A DNA stretch of 32,790 nucleotides from positions 1 through 32,790 of the forward strand of contig CAJZIB010000001.1 in NCBI GenBank assembly GCA_916049555.1, given 5' to 3'. This DNA comes from an uncultured Candidatus Saccharibacteria bacterium. Its GTDB lineage: Bacteria > Patescibacteriota > Saccharimonadia > Saccharimonadales > Saccharimonadaceae. Of this stretch, positions 1-7,747 are shown one piece after another (position 1 is the first letter of the stretch; every line of letters begins with the position of its first letter). The notes below the pieces were generated by a model. It was given only the letters and a program-made list of their open reading frames with translations. It did no database searches and was not told the origin of the DNA. A program made the translations under genes and the position numbers.

Positions 1-822
1 GTCACGCCAAAGACGGTTGAGGTCACCAAAAATGACTCACTCGACTCTCCGTTCACGGTTTATATCAGCGGTATCGACAATCGCGACCACACTCTGCCGT
101 TTGCTGCCCGCTCCGACGTCAATCTCATCATGGTCTTCAATCCCAAAAAACATAAAATCCTCATCCTTAATACCCCTCGCGACTTTTATGTCCCGCTCGC
201 CATGAACGGTAAGCTCGACAAACTCACTCACGCCGGCCTCTATGGCGTTAATGAATCGATTCATACTCTCGAAAACTTCTATGGCATCAAATTTAATTAC
301 TATGCCCGCATTAATTTTGATGCTACCTCCTCTGTGATTGACCAGCTTGGCGGTGTCGACGTCACGATTCCATATGTCGTCAATACCTATCACGGTAGGC
401 GCCATTATGAACCAGGCACGTACCATCTAAACGGCGATCAGGCTCTCGATTTTGCTAGGGAACGCGTTTCGATTAGTTGGGCTGGTGGTGACCGTGAGCG
501 CGGCCGCAATCAGGAAAAAATTCTTTCCGCAATGCTTCATAAATTACAAACTAGTCCAAATGACCTCAATCGCATTGATCAGATTTTTGCCTCCATCGCC
601 AAGAATATTCAGACCAACTTCACTAGTGACGATCTCAAATATCTCGTCCAGCGCCAGCTTACCACGCTCGCCAGCTGGCAAACTGAATTAATCGACGTTG
701 ACGGCAAGGCTGACATCACTTCCACCTTCACCTATCCTGAACCAAAGCACTTTGTCTGGCACCCATATCAAGATTCTGTCGACCGCGCCAAGGCCAAGCT
801 CCAGGAATATCTCCAAAACTAA
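1..822 (+). CDS. LCP (LytR-CpsA-Psr) family phosphotransferase, CpsA/Wzg-like; 5'-truncated by window edge
   Basis: Frame 1 is open from base 1 (VTPKTVEV...FTVYISGID...RSDVNLIM). It contains the LCP motifs RSD, TPRD.YV, DKLTHAG.YG, QAL.FARER and GDRERGRNQ, recalling streptococcal CpsA. Confidence 0.9.
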   Translation, partial: VTPKTVEVTKNDSLDSPFTVYISGIDNRDHTLPFAARSDVNLIMVFNPKKHKILILNTPRDFYVPLAMNGKLDKLTHAGLYGVNESIHTLENFYGIKFNYYARINFDATSSVIDQLGGVDVTIPYVVNTYHGRRHYEPGTYHLNGDQALDFARERVSISWAGGDRERGRNQEKILSAMLHKLQTSPNDLNRIDQIFASIAKNIQTNFTSDDLKYLVQRQLTTLASWQTELIDVDGKADITSTFTYPEPKHFVWHPYQDSVDRAKAKLQEYLQN

Positions 823-909
823 ATATCAAAATTTAATAATATTAAAAAACTAATCATAAAAATTAATCTAAAATTAATCTAAAAATAATCTTAAGATCCT
901 ATCACAAAC

Positions 910-1446
910 ATGACCTCAAAAAATACACCAAAAATTCATTCAAAAACCGCAACCATTCTTTTGGCACTCCTGATTTTTCAAATGCTTTTTATTTTTGCCA
1001 TGTCGTCTTTCGGTCCAGATTCTTCAAACGCGCAAAGTAATTTCTTTGTTAATCTAATTTCCGGGCTCGTACCAAATCTTAAAACTAGTACCTCGGCGTC
1101 AGCCTTTGATCTCAAAACCCTCGTCTTCTTCGTCCGTAAAACCGCCCATTTTACCGAATACGCTATTTTAGGCCTCCTCTTCTACCTTAATCTAAAACAT
1201 CACTCAAATAAAAAACAATCACTAAAGCAACACTCAGGCCAAAAGCAATCGCCAAAGCTCTTCGCTCTAGCGATTCTATTTAGCGCCCTCTATGCTTGCA
1301 CCGATGAATTTCATCAGCTTTTTGTTCCTGGCCGCACCGGACAGCCTTTTGACGTCTTAGTTGACACGCTCGGCGCCACTTTTGGCTGTCTCGTCGTCCT
1401 CGCCGTCCAAAAAATCAGAACCCGGCTAGCTCTTCGTCGTTCTTAA
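910..1446 (+). CDS. VanZ family membrane protein
   Basis: Motifs IF.MSS...S..QS, RK.AHF.EYA.LG and YA.TDEFHQLFVPGR.G...DV.VD.LG, with hydrophobic helices. Confidence 0.9.
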   Translation: MTSKNTPKIHSKTATILLALLIFQMLFIFAMSSFGPDSSNAQSNFFVNLISGLVPNLKTSTSASAFDLKTLVFFVRKTAHFTEYAILGLLFYLNLKHHSNKKQSLKQHSGQKQSPKLFALAILFSALYACTDEFHQLFVPGRTGQPFDVLVDTLGATFGCLVVLAVQKIRTRLALRRS

Positions 1447-1531
1447 TTAAATCAGACAAATCAAAACCCAGCTAATTCTTCGTCGTTCCTAGCCAAATTA
1501 CAAGCCGGCTAATTCTTCGCCGTTTTTAATC
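1412..1531. repeat. Three degenerate ~37-nt copies of the cpsB 3' end, spanning the vanZ/cpsB convergence
   Basis: ccggctagctcttcgtcgttc (1422), ccagctaattcttcgtcgttc (1468), ccggctaattcttcgccgttt (1505). Confidence 0.85.
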
Positions 1532-2232
1532 ATCTTGCGATAATGCTCTTCGCCAGCGTATTTCAGAATTTTCTTCTGTGCTTTCTCAAATTTCAAAAAC
1601 AGGGAACCGTCCGCTCGGTGAATATCCGTGCCGAGATAGGAAATTAAGTGTCGCTTCAATAAAATCTTTAACGTCTTTTTTGCCTTGCCGCCATACTGTC
1701 CGACGATACTCCCAAAATTCCCCTGCAATTTTACTCCCAGCTTAACTAGGTCCACTGCGGCGTCTGGATTTTTTTGTAAGAATAAATAGCGCTCTGGATG
1801 TGCCAAAATCGGTGTAATCCCACGTGCCTTCAGTTCAAAAATCATGTCGCGCAAAAACGGCACTTCTGCATAAAACGGCAGCTCAAACAGAATCTGATAA
1901 CGAACGCCTTTCTTGCCTTCGAAATCGCCGCCGAGTGCAGATGATTTTTTTGCCACCAGGTGGTCAACCATTTTTGGATCGATATAGATTTCGTTGCCAG
2001 GTAGTAAAATAAACTTCACGCCGGCCTGATCAAGCTCCTTCTGTAGTTTCTCACGAAGCAGCTTTTTCTTCTGATTGTCAGCCGCCTGCTCACTATCGGC
2101 AATGAAATGTGATGTACAGAAACCACCGCGAAAACCTAGCGCTGCCAGCTTTCTCGTCATCTCGACACTCTCTTGCATCGAGCGGCTGCCGTCGTCAATG
2201 CCAGGCAGGATATGTAAGTGTAAATCAATCAT
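1498..2232 (-). CDS. cpsB: PHP-family protein tyrosine phosphatase (CpsB/CapC/YwqE type)
   Basis: MIDLHLHILPGIDDGS, TSH, PGNEIY, ILAHPERY and LGTDIH metal-binding motifs. Confidence 0.93.
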   Translation of the reverse strand: MIDLHLHILPGIDDGSRSMQESVEMTRKLAALGFRGGFCTSHFIADSEQAADNQKKKLLREKLQKELDQAGVKFILLPGNEIYIDPKMVDHLVAKKSSALGGDFEGKKGVRYQILFELPFYAEVPFLRDMIFELKARGITPILAHPERYLFLQKNPDAAVDLVKLGVKLQGNFGSIVGQYGGKAKKTLKILLKRHLISYLGTDIHRADGSLFLKFEKAQKKILKYAGEEHYRKMIKNGEELAGL

Positions 2233-2260
2233 AATCTAATTATATCCCACCCGCATCAAA

Positions 2261-3946
2261 CTAGTAGCTGTAGTATTTGTTGTAGTAGTCGCCGCGACGT
2301 TCATCTACGGTACGGTTCAAGACAACACCGGAGACCTTCACGTCAATCGCCTCAAGCGCCTTCTTTGAATTCTGCAAGTCTTCAATCGTAGTGATATTTG
2401 CAGAACAGACAACCACGGTGCGGTCTGTTTTCTTAGCCAGAATCAAAGAGTCTGAAAGTCCGTCAAGTGGCGTGCCGTCAAGGATGACGTAATCGTACTT
2501 TTCTTTCGCCTCGTTCAGCAACTCTTCCATGTCACTGGAGTCTAGTAATTCACTTGGATTTGGTGGCACCACACCACGCGTAATTACACTCAAACTCTTC
2601 ACTGTAGTTTTCTGTACATATTTTTCATATGTCTTAGCCTCATTCTCAGCTAGCAAGTTGGAAAGCCCAGCCTTGTTTGAGAGAGCAAAGATTTCGTGTT
2701 GACGACCAAGACGCATGTCACAGTCGATCAAAAGTACTTTCTTCTGGGTTTTCGCAAAAGCCACGGCGAGGTTTGATGCGATAAAACTTTTACCTTCGTT
2801 TGGCGTCGAGCTGGTAATCAATACAGTATTCGATTTCTTATTATTCAAAGAGAAGTAAAGACTGGTACGAATCGTACGAAAATCCTCACTCACCTTTGAT
2901 TTCGGATTGTCGCGAAGTACAAGCTCGGAATCTTCATCAATCTCGTCGGCCTCAGTCTCGTCAATCTCGGCTTCTTCAGCCTCTTTTTCAGCCGCTAATT
3001 TTTCTTGAAGCGCCTTCTCTTCAGCAATAATCTTTCTACCAACTGCCTTAATCTCCACCACTTTTTTTACTGGAGCTTCTTCAGTTTTTTCTTCCGTCTC
3101 ACTCTCTGCCTCGTCAGATTCTTCCGAGATGGCTTCCTCAGTCTCAAGCTCTAAGGCCTTCTTTGCTTCCTCGCGTGCCAGCTTCTTTGCTAGTTTCATT
3201 TGCTGCTTTTCAAGCTTCATAGCTTGCTTAGCCTCTTTTTTAGCACGTTTTTCAGCTTCTTTTTTGCGTTTTTCCTTTTGCTTTTCAGTCTCTAACTTTC
3301 GCACCTTACCAAAAATTGGTAGCTTAAATAATTGCTCAATCTGTTCAGTAGTTTTAATCGTACGATCAAAATAGAACATCAGGAAGATAATTGCGGTAGC
3401 GAGCATCACGCCAGCAGCAAGATAAATTGCCTCTTGTTTCACCACGTCCACATTATATGGCTTCTGTGGCTCGACTGCGCGGTCCAGCACGTTGACGCTT
3501 TTATCGTTATAAATTAAGCCAATCTCGGAAGTAAATACCTCAGCAATGCTATTTGCAAGCTCAAAAGCATGGTAATGATTGGCATCCACCACGGAAATAC
3601 TAATAATCTCGGTATCTTTGAGGGAAGAAACATTAATCTTTTTCACAAGCTGCTCATAAGAGTCGTCAATCAACATCTCACGCTTCACGCGATCGAGCAC
3701 GCGGTGGGATTTTACTACCTCGGTATAAGTATCAATCAAGTTTTTGTTGGCGTTGATTTCATTTTGCACGGTATTTTTTGATTTATCCGAGCTCAAAATT
3801 ACGGTTGCCTGAGCCTTATATTCAGGTTTCTGCACAAAAATAGTATAAAAAGTACCGCCAGCGACAACGAGTACCACAAAAGTTACAAACAAGATCAAGT
3901 GCTTCTTGAAATAAGCCAAAAGATCTCTCAAATTAATTTCTTCCAT
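2261..3946 (-). CDS. Fused polysaccharide co-polymerase (Wzz/CpsC) and BY tyrosine kinase (CpsD) with a charged linker
   Basis: N-terminal MEEINLRDLL, two TM helices, P.Y.A and VLD.A..P..P motifs. C-terminal Walker A STPNEGKS, A' LLIDCD, B VILDGTP and tyrosine cluster YYNKYYSY. Start moved to ATG 3946, which lies 7 nt after TGnTATAAT. Confidence 0.9.
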   Translation of the reverse strand: MEEINLRDLLAYFKKHLILFVTFVVLVVAGGTFYTIFVQKPEYKAQATVILSSDKSKNTVQNEINANKNLIDTYTEVVKSHRVLDRVKREMLIDDSYEQLVKKINVSSLKDTEIISISVVDANHYHAFELANSIAEVFTSEIGLIYNDKSVNVLDRAVEPQKPYNVDVVKQEAIYLAAGVMLATAIIFLMFYFDRTIKTTEQIEQLFKLPIFGKVRKLETEKQKEKRKKEAEKRAKKEAKQAMKLEKQQMKLAKKLAREEAKKALELETEEAISEESDEAESETEEKTEEAPVKKVVEIKAVGRKIIAEEKALQEKLAAEKEAEEAEIDETEADEIDEDSELVLRDNPKSKVSEDFRTIRTSLYFSLNNKKSNTVLITSSTPNEGKSFIASNLAVAFAKTQKKVLLIDCDMRLGRQHEIFALSNKAGLSNLLAENEAKTYEKYVQKTTVKSLSVITRGVVPPNPSELLDSSDMEELLNEAKEKYDYVILDGTPLDGLSDSLILAKKTDRTVVVCSANITTIEDLQNSKKALEAIDVKVSGVVLNRTVDERRGDYYNKYYSY

Positions 3947-4082
3947 ATCCCATATTATAACATAAAACAACCGGTATTGTAAAGAGTTATCATATCAAAA
4001 CAGAATAATGCAATAAGGATAAGCTGTATCTGTAAAATGATCATTTACTATAAATAACGGTCTAGTCCCACCCCTGTAAAGC

Positions 4083-4111
4083 TTGCATTTTTTTAATGTT
4101 TCTGCTAAAAT
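4083..4111 (+). promoter_or_regulatory. sigma70-type promoter for the intergenic transcript
   Basis: TTGCAT (4083-4088), 17-nt spacer, extended -10 TGcTAAAAT (TAAAAT at 4106-4111). Confidence 0.7.
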
Positions 4112-4211
4112 CTCAGGTATTGCTCTTTTCCACAAGTCATTCTAGAGTATTTTGACTTACGAGGTGGGTCGGTCGCGAGCAATAGAATTAAACGGAGTAA
4201 GAATTTTACTT

Positions 4212-4292
4212 ATGCGTAGACTTAAACGTGAATCTTCGCGCAAAAAGTCGAAAATTCCTCCTGCCCCATGGCAAGAGTTCATTATTTACTAA
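4212..4292 (+). CDS. Putative 26-aa basic peptide MRRLKRESSRKKSKIPPAPWQEFIIY
   Basis: ATG 4212 to TAA 4292, with GGAG at 4194-4197 separated from the ATG by a small hairpin. Lies in the gap between the two large hairpins. Confidence 0.4.
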   Translation: MRRLKRESSRKKSKIPPAPWQEFIIY

Positions 4293-4370
4293 TCAGAAGG
4301 GTCAAACTTCCTTGAAGATTCAGCCTGAGAGCTAAAAACGCAAATCTTCAAGCACGATTATTAAATAAGG

Positions 4371-4401
4371 AAAATATCACCCCAAAAGGTGATATTTTTT
4401 T
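4371..4401 (+). terminator. Intrinsic terminator
   Basis: aaaatatcacc-ccaaaa-ggtgatatttt followed by a T run. Confidence 0.8.
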
Positions 4402-4405
4402 GATT

Positions 4406-4474
4406 CTATCTTGCTAATCAGTACAATACTATCTTGCCAATCAGTGGAACGCTATATCGCTAATCAGAGCAGCA
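4406..4474. repeat. Three tandem degenerate 23-nt repeats
   Basis: ctatcttgctaatcagtacaata / ctatcttgccaatcagtggaacg / ctatatcgctaatcagagcagca. Confidence 0.8.
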
Positions 4475-4517
4475 CTTTAGGTTTCCCCTATTCTCTAAGA
4501 TGTGGTATTATTTTTTT

Positions 4518-6281
4518 ATGAGAATATTGTCTGGAGAATTGAAAACGAAATTAAATCAAACCGTAACTGTTGCCGGTTGGGTTAATTCCCGCCGTGACCA
4601 TGGTGGCCTCATCTTTATTGATTTACGCGACCATCAGGGAATTATCCAGTTAGTCATCACTCCAGAAAATAATCAGGCCTTCACCCTCGCTGAATCTTTG
4701 CGCGATGAGTTTGTTATCTCCGCAACTGGCCTCATCCGCGAGCGCGCCGCTGATCTTAAAAACCCAAACATCGAGACTGGCGACATTGAACTCGTGGTCG
4801 AAAGCATCGAACTCTTGAATCGCTCCGACACTCCTCCAGTCAATACCCACGACGATGGACCTGAATCCAGCGAGGAGCTTCGCCTCAAATATCGTTATCT
4901 TGATTTGCGTCGTCCAAGCATGCAAAAGACTCTGAAGCGCCGCGCCAAGTTTTATTCCTACCTCAGAAATTACATGGATCAGCACGACTTTATCGAGGTC
5001 ACCACGCCAATTCTTGCGAACTCCAGCCCTGAAGGTGCTCGTGACTTCCTAGTGCCATCCCGTCTGAAACCAGGTCTCTTCTATGCACTTCCTCAAGCTC
5101 CTCAGCAGTTCAAACAGCTCCTCATGGTTGGCGGCCTGCCACGTTATTATCAGATCGCTCCATGTTTCCGTGATGAGGATCCACGTGCTGACCGTCTTTA
5201 TGGTGATTTTTATCAACTAGACTGTGAGATGTCCTTCGTTGATAAGGGTGAAACCGTCAGACAGACTGTCGAGCCACTCATCAAGTCTCTCGTCACCGAC
5301 TTTGCCGGCAAAAAACTTTTCTCTGAAGAAATTCCACGCATTTCATACCAGGAATCAATGGAAAAATATGGCGTCGACAAGCCAGATCTTCGCTATGGTA
5401 TGGAAATGATTGAGCTTACGGAAATCTTGAAAGACACTAGCTTCAAGGTCTTCCAGAGTCCATGTGTCAAAGCTATCTGTGTTGAAAATGGTGCCAGCCT
5501 CACTCGTTCTCAAATCGACCAGTTTACTGAAAAAGCCAGAAAGCTTGGCGCCTCCGGTCTCGCCTACATCATGTATGAAAACGGTACCGAAAAAAGTCCA
5601 ATTGCTAAATTCTTGCAACCTGAAGAACTTGCCAAAATCAAAGAAGCCACTGGCGCTAAAGATGGTGACGCTGTCTTCTTCTGTTCTGATGATCGCGCCA
5701 AGGTGAATAAAATCCTCGGACAACTTCGCATCGCTTTTGCAGATCACTTTAATCTTAAAGACGACTCCATCGTTGCGCTTTGCTGGATTGTCGACTTCCC
5801 ATTCTACGAATGGAATGATGGCGAACATAAGATCGACTTCGGTCACAACCCATTCTCGATGCCAAAAGGCGGTCTCGCCGCTCTTGAAGCTGCAGAAACC
5901 GATGAAGAAAAACTTGCCATCGTCGCTGACCAGTACGACATGGTGATGAATGGCTACGAAATCTGTTCTGGCGCCGTCAGGAATCACAATCCTGAAATCA
6001 TGTACAAAGTCTTCGATATTCTTGGCTATGGTCATGAATATGTCGAGAAGCGCTTTGGTGGCATGCTTAATGCCTTCAAATTTGGTGCACCTCCACACGC
6101 CGGCTGTGCTTTCGGTATCGAGCGTATCTTCATGGTCTTAAACGATACAAAGAACATCCGCGACATTGTAGCCTTCCCAAAGAACGGCTCCGGTATCGAC
6201 CTCATGATGAGTTCTCCATCCTTCGTTGATGAATATCAGCTAAAGGATGCGCATATTCAGATTATTGAAGACGAGGAATAA
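4518..6281 (+). CDS. aspS: Aspartate--tRNA ligase (possibly non-discriminating)
   Basis: GWV..RRDHGGLIFIDLRD OB fold, EGARDFLVPSR, ALPQAPQQFKQLLM, CFRDED.RADR, GAPPHAGCAFGIER. Start moved to ATG 4518, 6 nt after TGgTATTAT. Confidence 0.97.
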   Translation: MRILSGELKTKLNQTVTVAGWVNSRRDHGGLIFIDLRDHQGIIQLVITPENNQAFTLAESLRDEFVISATGLIRERAADLKNPNIETGDIELVVESIELLNRSDTPPVNTHDDGPESSEELRLKYRYLDLRRPSMQKTLKRRAKFYSYLRNYMDQHDFIEVTTPILANSSPEGARDFLVPSRLKPGLFYALPQAPQQFKQLLMVGGLPRYYQIAPCFRDEDPRADRLYGDFYQLDCEMSFVDKGETVRQTVEPLIKSLVTDFAGKKLFSEEIPRISYQESMEKYGVDKPDLRYGMEMIELTEILKDTSFKVFQSPCVKAICVENGASLTRSQIDQFTEKARKLGASGLAYIMYENGTEKSPIAKFLQPEELAKIKEATGAKDGDAVFFCSDDRAKVNKILGQLRIAFADHFNLKDDSIVALCWIVDFPFYEWNDGEHKIDFGHNPFSMPKGGLAALEAAETDEEKLAIVADQYDMVMNGYEICSGAVRNHNPEIMYKVFDILGYGHEYVEKRFGGMLNAFKFGAPPHAGCAFGIERIFMVLNDTKNIRDIVAFPKNGSGIDLMMSSPSFVDEYQLKDAHIQIIEDEE

Positions 6282-6287
6282 GAAACT

Positions 6288-6322
6288 CTAGCCTAGGTCA
6301 GAAAAATCCAAACCTAGGCTAG
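6288..6322. other. 11-bp inverted repeat directly after the aspS stop
   Basis: ctagcctaggt (6288-6298) / acctaggctag (6312-6322). Confidence 0.6.
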
Positions 6323-6390
6323 TCTTGAAAAATATCCAAAGATCTATTCTAGATTTAGAAAAATAAACTTTAATCTAAAAGCCCTAGCCA

Positions 6391-6422
6391 TAAAAAATCT
6401 ACACTGCGGTGTAGATTTTTTA
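6391..6422. terminator. Bidirectional intrinsic terminator between aspS and uppP
   Basis: taaaaaatctacac-tgcg-gtgtagatttttta. Confidence 0.88.
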
Positions 6423-6448
6423 AGACTCTTTTAGGCAAAGATCACATT

Positions 6449-7255
6449 TTAAGCGAAGATCACAATACTAAGCAGCACACAGGCGAGCAAAACTCGGTAG
6501 TAGCCAAAGGCTGGGATCGAATTTTCCTTCTTGAAGAACTTCATCACTACTTTCAAAGCGATTAGGCCAGAGATAAAAGCGACCAAATTAGAAAATAGCA
6601 GCATTTGCCAGTTTGCGGCAATATAGGCGCGACTGGAACTCGAAAGTAATGATTTACCACACACTGCCGTCATAATTGGGAGAGAAGCAAGGAAGGAATA
6701 TTTTGCAGCTGAAGCAGAGTTCATTCCCATCACACGACCAGCAATAATCGTTGATCCAGAACGCGAAACACCTGGAATCAAAGCAAATACCTGTGCAAGG
6801 CCAATCACAAGCGCCCTTTTATGAGGTAATTTATTTTCGTCTGTCTCAGATTTGTGTGGCAAGCGATTTACGAAAATCATCAAAAGCCCCACGGTACCCA
6901 TTGCGATTGCAATCGTGGTCAGAGCGGAGAAGAAGCTATGTTGCTCAATAAATTTTGATAAGACCAGCCCAATCAGACCAGCAGGAATTGAAGTGATCAA
7001 AAGATTCATTGCCATATGTACATCACGTTTCACAAATACCTGTTTTAAAATCTTCAAAATTTCCTTGCGATAGTAAATTAAAAGTGCAAACAAGGTTCCG
7101 AAATTAATCAGCTCCAAAAAGAAATGAAAATCGTCCGCGCGACTCCCGGCGCCTAATAATTTTTGGACAAGTTCCAAATGTCCGGAAGAAGACACTGGAA
7201 TAAACTCGGTCAGACCTTGCGTCAAACCTAAAACAAGTGATTCAATTACATTCAT
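6449..7255 (-). CDS. uppP: Undecaprenyl-diphosphate phosphatase (BacA)
   Basis: LG..QGLTEFIPVSSSGHL and GLAQ..ALIPGVSRSGSTI signature motifs. Confidence 0.97.
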   Translation of the reverse strand: MNVIESLVLGLTQGLTEFIPVSSSGHLELVQKLLGAGSRADDFHFFLELINFGTLFALLIYYRKEILKILKQVFVKRDVHMAMNLLITSIPAGLIGLVLSKFIEQHSFFSALTTIAIAMGTVGLLMIFVNRLPHKSETDENKLPHKRALVIGLAQVFALIPGVSRSGSTIIAGRVMGMNSASAAKYSFLASLPIMTAVCGKSLLSSSSRAYIAANWQMLLFSNLVAFISGLIALKVVMKFFKKENSIPAFGYYRVLLACVLLSIVIFA

Positions 7256-7354
7256 ACTAGCATTATAGCGAATAATCTGTTTTCTTTACAATCTTGAAAT
7301 ATCATGTATAATATGTCAAAAGAATATTATTAAAAATCACAGGGAATTAAATTA

Positions 7355-7711
7355 ATGCCGATTATCAAATCTGCAAAAAAGGCAGCACGCCAAGCAGTCA
7401 AACGCACTGCGCAGAATCAACAAATTAAAAAGTTCATTAAGGCCGCTCTTAAAGCTTTCAAGGCTGAACCAACTCCTGAAAATCTTTCAAAAGCTCAGTC
7501 TGAATATGACAAAGCTGCAAAGAAAGGTCTTTTGAAGAAAAATACCGCTTCTCGCCGCAAAGCAAACTTAGTTAAAATCGCTAAGGCTGCAAAAGCTGAA
7601 GTCAAAGAAGCTCCAAAGACTGTGAAAAAAGCTGTTGCAAAGAAGCCTGCAGCTAAGAAAACTGCTACAAAAAAGGCAACCACTAAAAAAGCAACTGCCA
7701 AGAAAGCTTAA
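7355..7711 (+). CDS. rpsT: 30S ribosomal protein S20 with Lys/Ala-rich C-terminal extension
   Basis: MPIIKSAKKAARQ..KR, DKAAKKG..KKNTASRRKA, followed by a KKPAAKKTATKKA tail. Confidence 0.95.
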   Translation: MPIIKSAKKAARQAVKRTAQNQQIKKFIKAALKAFKAEPTPENLSKAQSEYDKAAKKGLLKKNTASRRKANLVKIAKAAKAEVKEAPKTVKKAVAKKPAAKKTATKKATTKKATAKKA

Positions 7712-7720
7712 CTAATCTTT

Positions 7721-7747
7721 AAAATAGGGCCCAGCGCCCTATTTTTT
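7721..7747. terminator. Bidirectional terminator between rpsT and holA-like gene
   Basis: aaaatagggc-ccagc-gccctatttttt, overlapping the holA-like stop codon. Confidence 0.8.

Larger units (their letters stand above)
4117..4401 (+). ncRNA. Putative stand-alone structured RNA or sORF mRNA (unassigned family)
   Basis: Bounded by a promoter and a terminator. Hairpin tattgctc/gagcaata (4118-4184) with inner ccac/gtgg and aagtca/tgactt stems, and a 10-bp stem cttgaagatt/aatcttcaag (4311-4352). Confidence 0.5.

Noticed and set aside
4035..4046. 12-bp palindrome aaatgatcattt as an operator
   Set aside because: Single AT-rich occurrence with no regulator in the window.
4126..4134. DnaA-box-like TTTTCCACA (also at about 26622) suggesting oriC
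   Set aside because: Isolated one-mismatch boxes, no cluster and no dnaA context.
4212..4229. MRRLKR identical to a stretch of eukaryotic ribosomal protein eL41
   Set aside because: Six low-complexity basic residues; the rest of the peptide does not align.
4117..4401. T-box riboswitch upstream of aspS
   Set aside because: No UGGNACC T-box before the terminator and no recognisable stem I. aspS has its own extended -10 downstream.
4117..4401. tmRNA, 6S, SRP, RNase P, hammerhead or TPP riboswitch
   Set aside because: No tRNA-like ends or T-loop, no end-to-end rod, no SRP or RNase P core motifs. CTGAGA alone lacks the rest of the TPP or hammerhead core.
4406..4474. Mini CRISPR array (also considered for 1412-1531 and 31394-31476)
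   Set aside because: Degenerate near-contiguous units without spacer-length unique sequence; no cas genes.
5355..6098. Long antisense ORFs (247 aa here; also 12281-13132 and 29379-29951)
   Set aside because: Shadow frames of well-supported genes with no motifs or expression signals.
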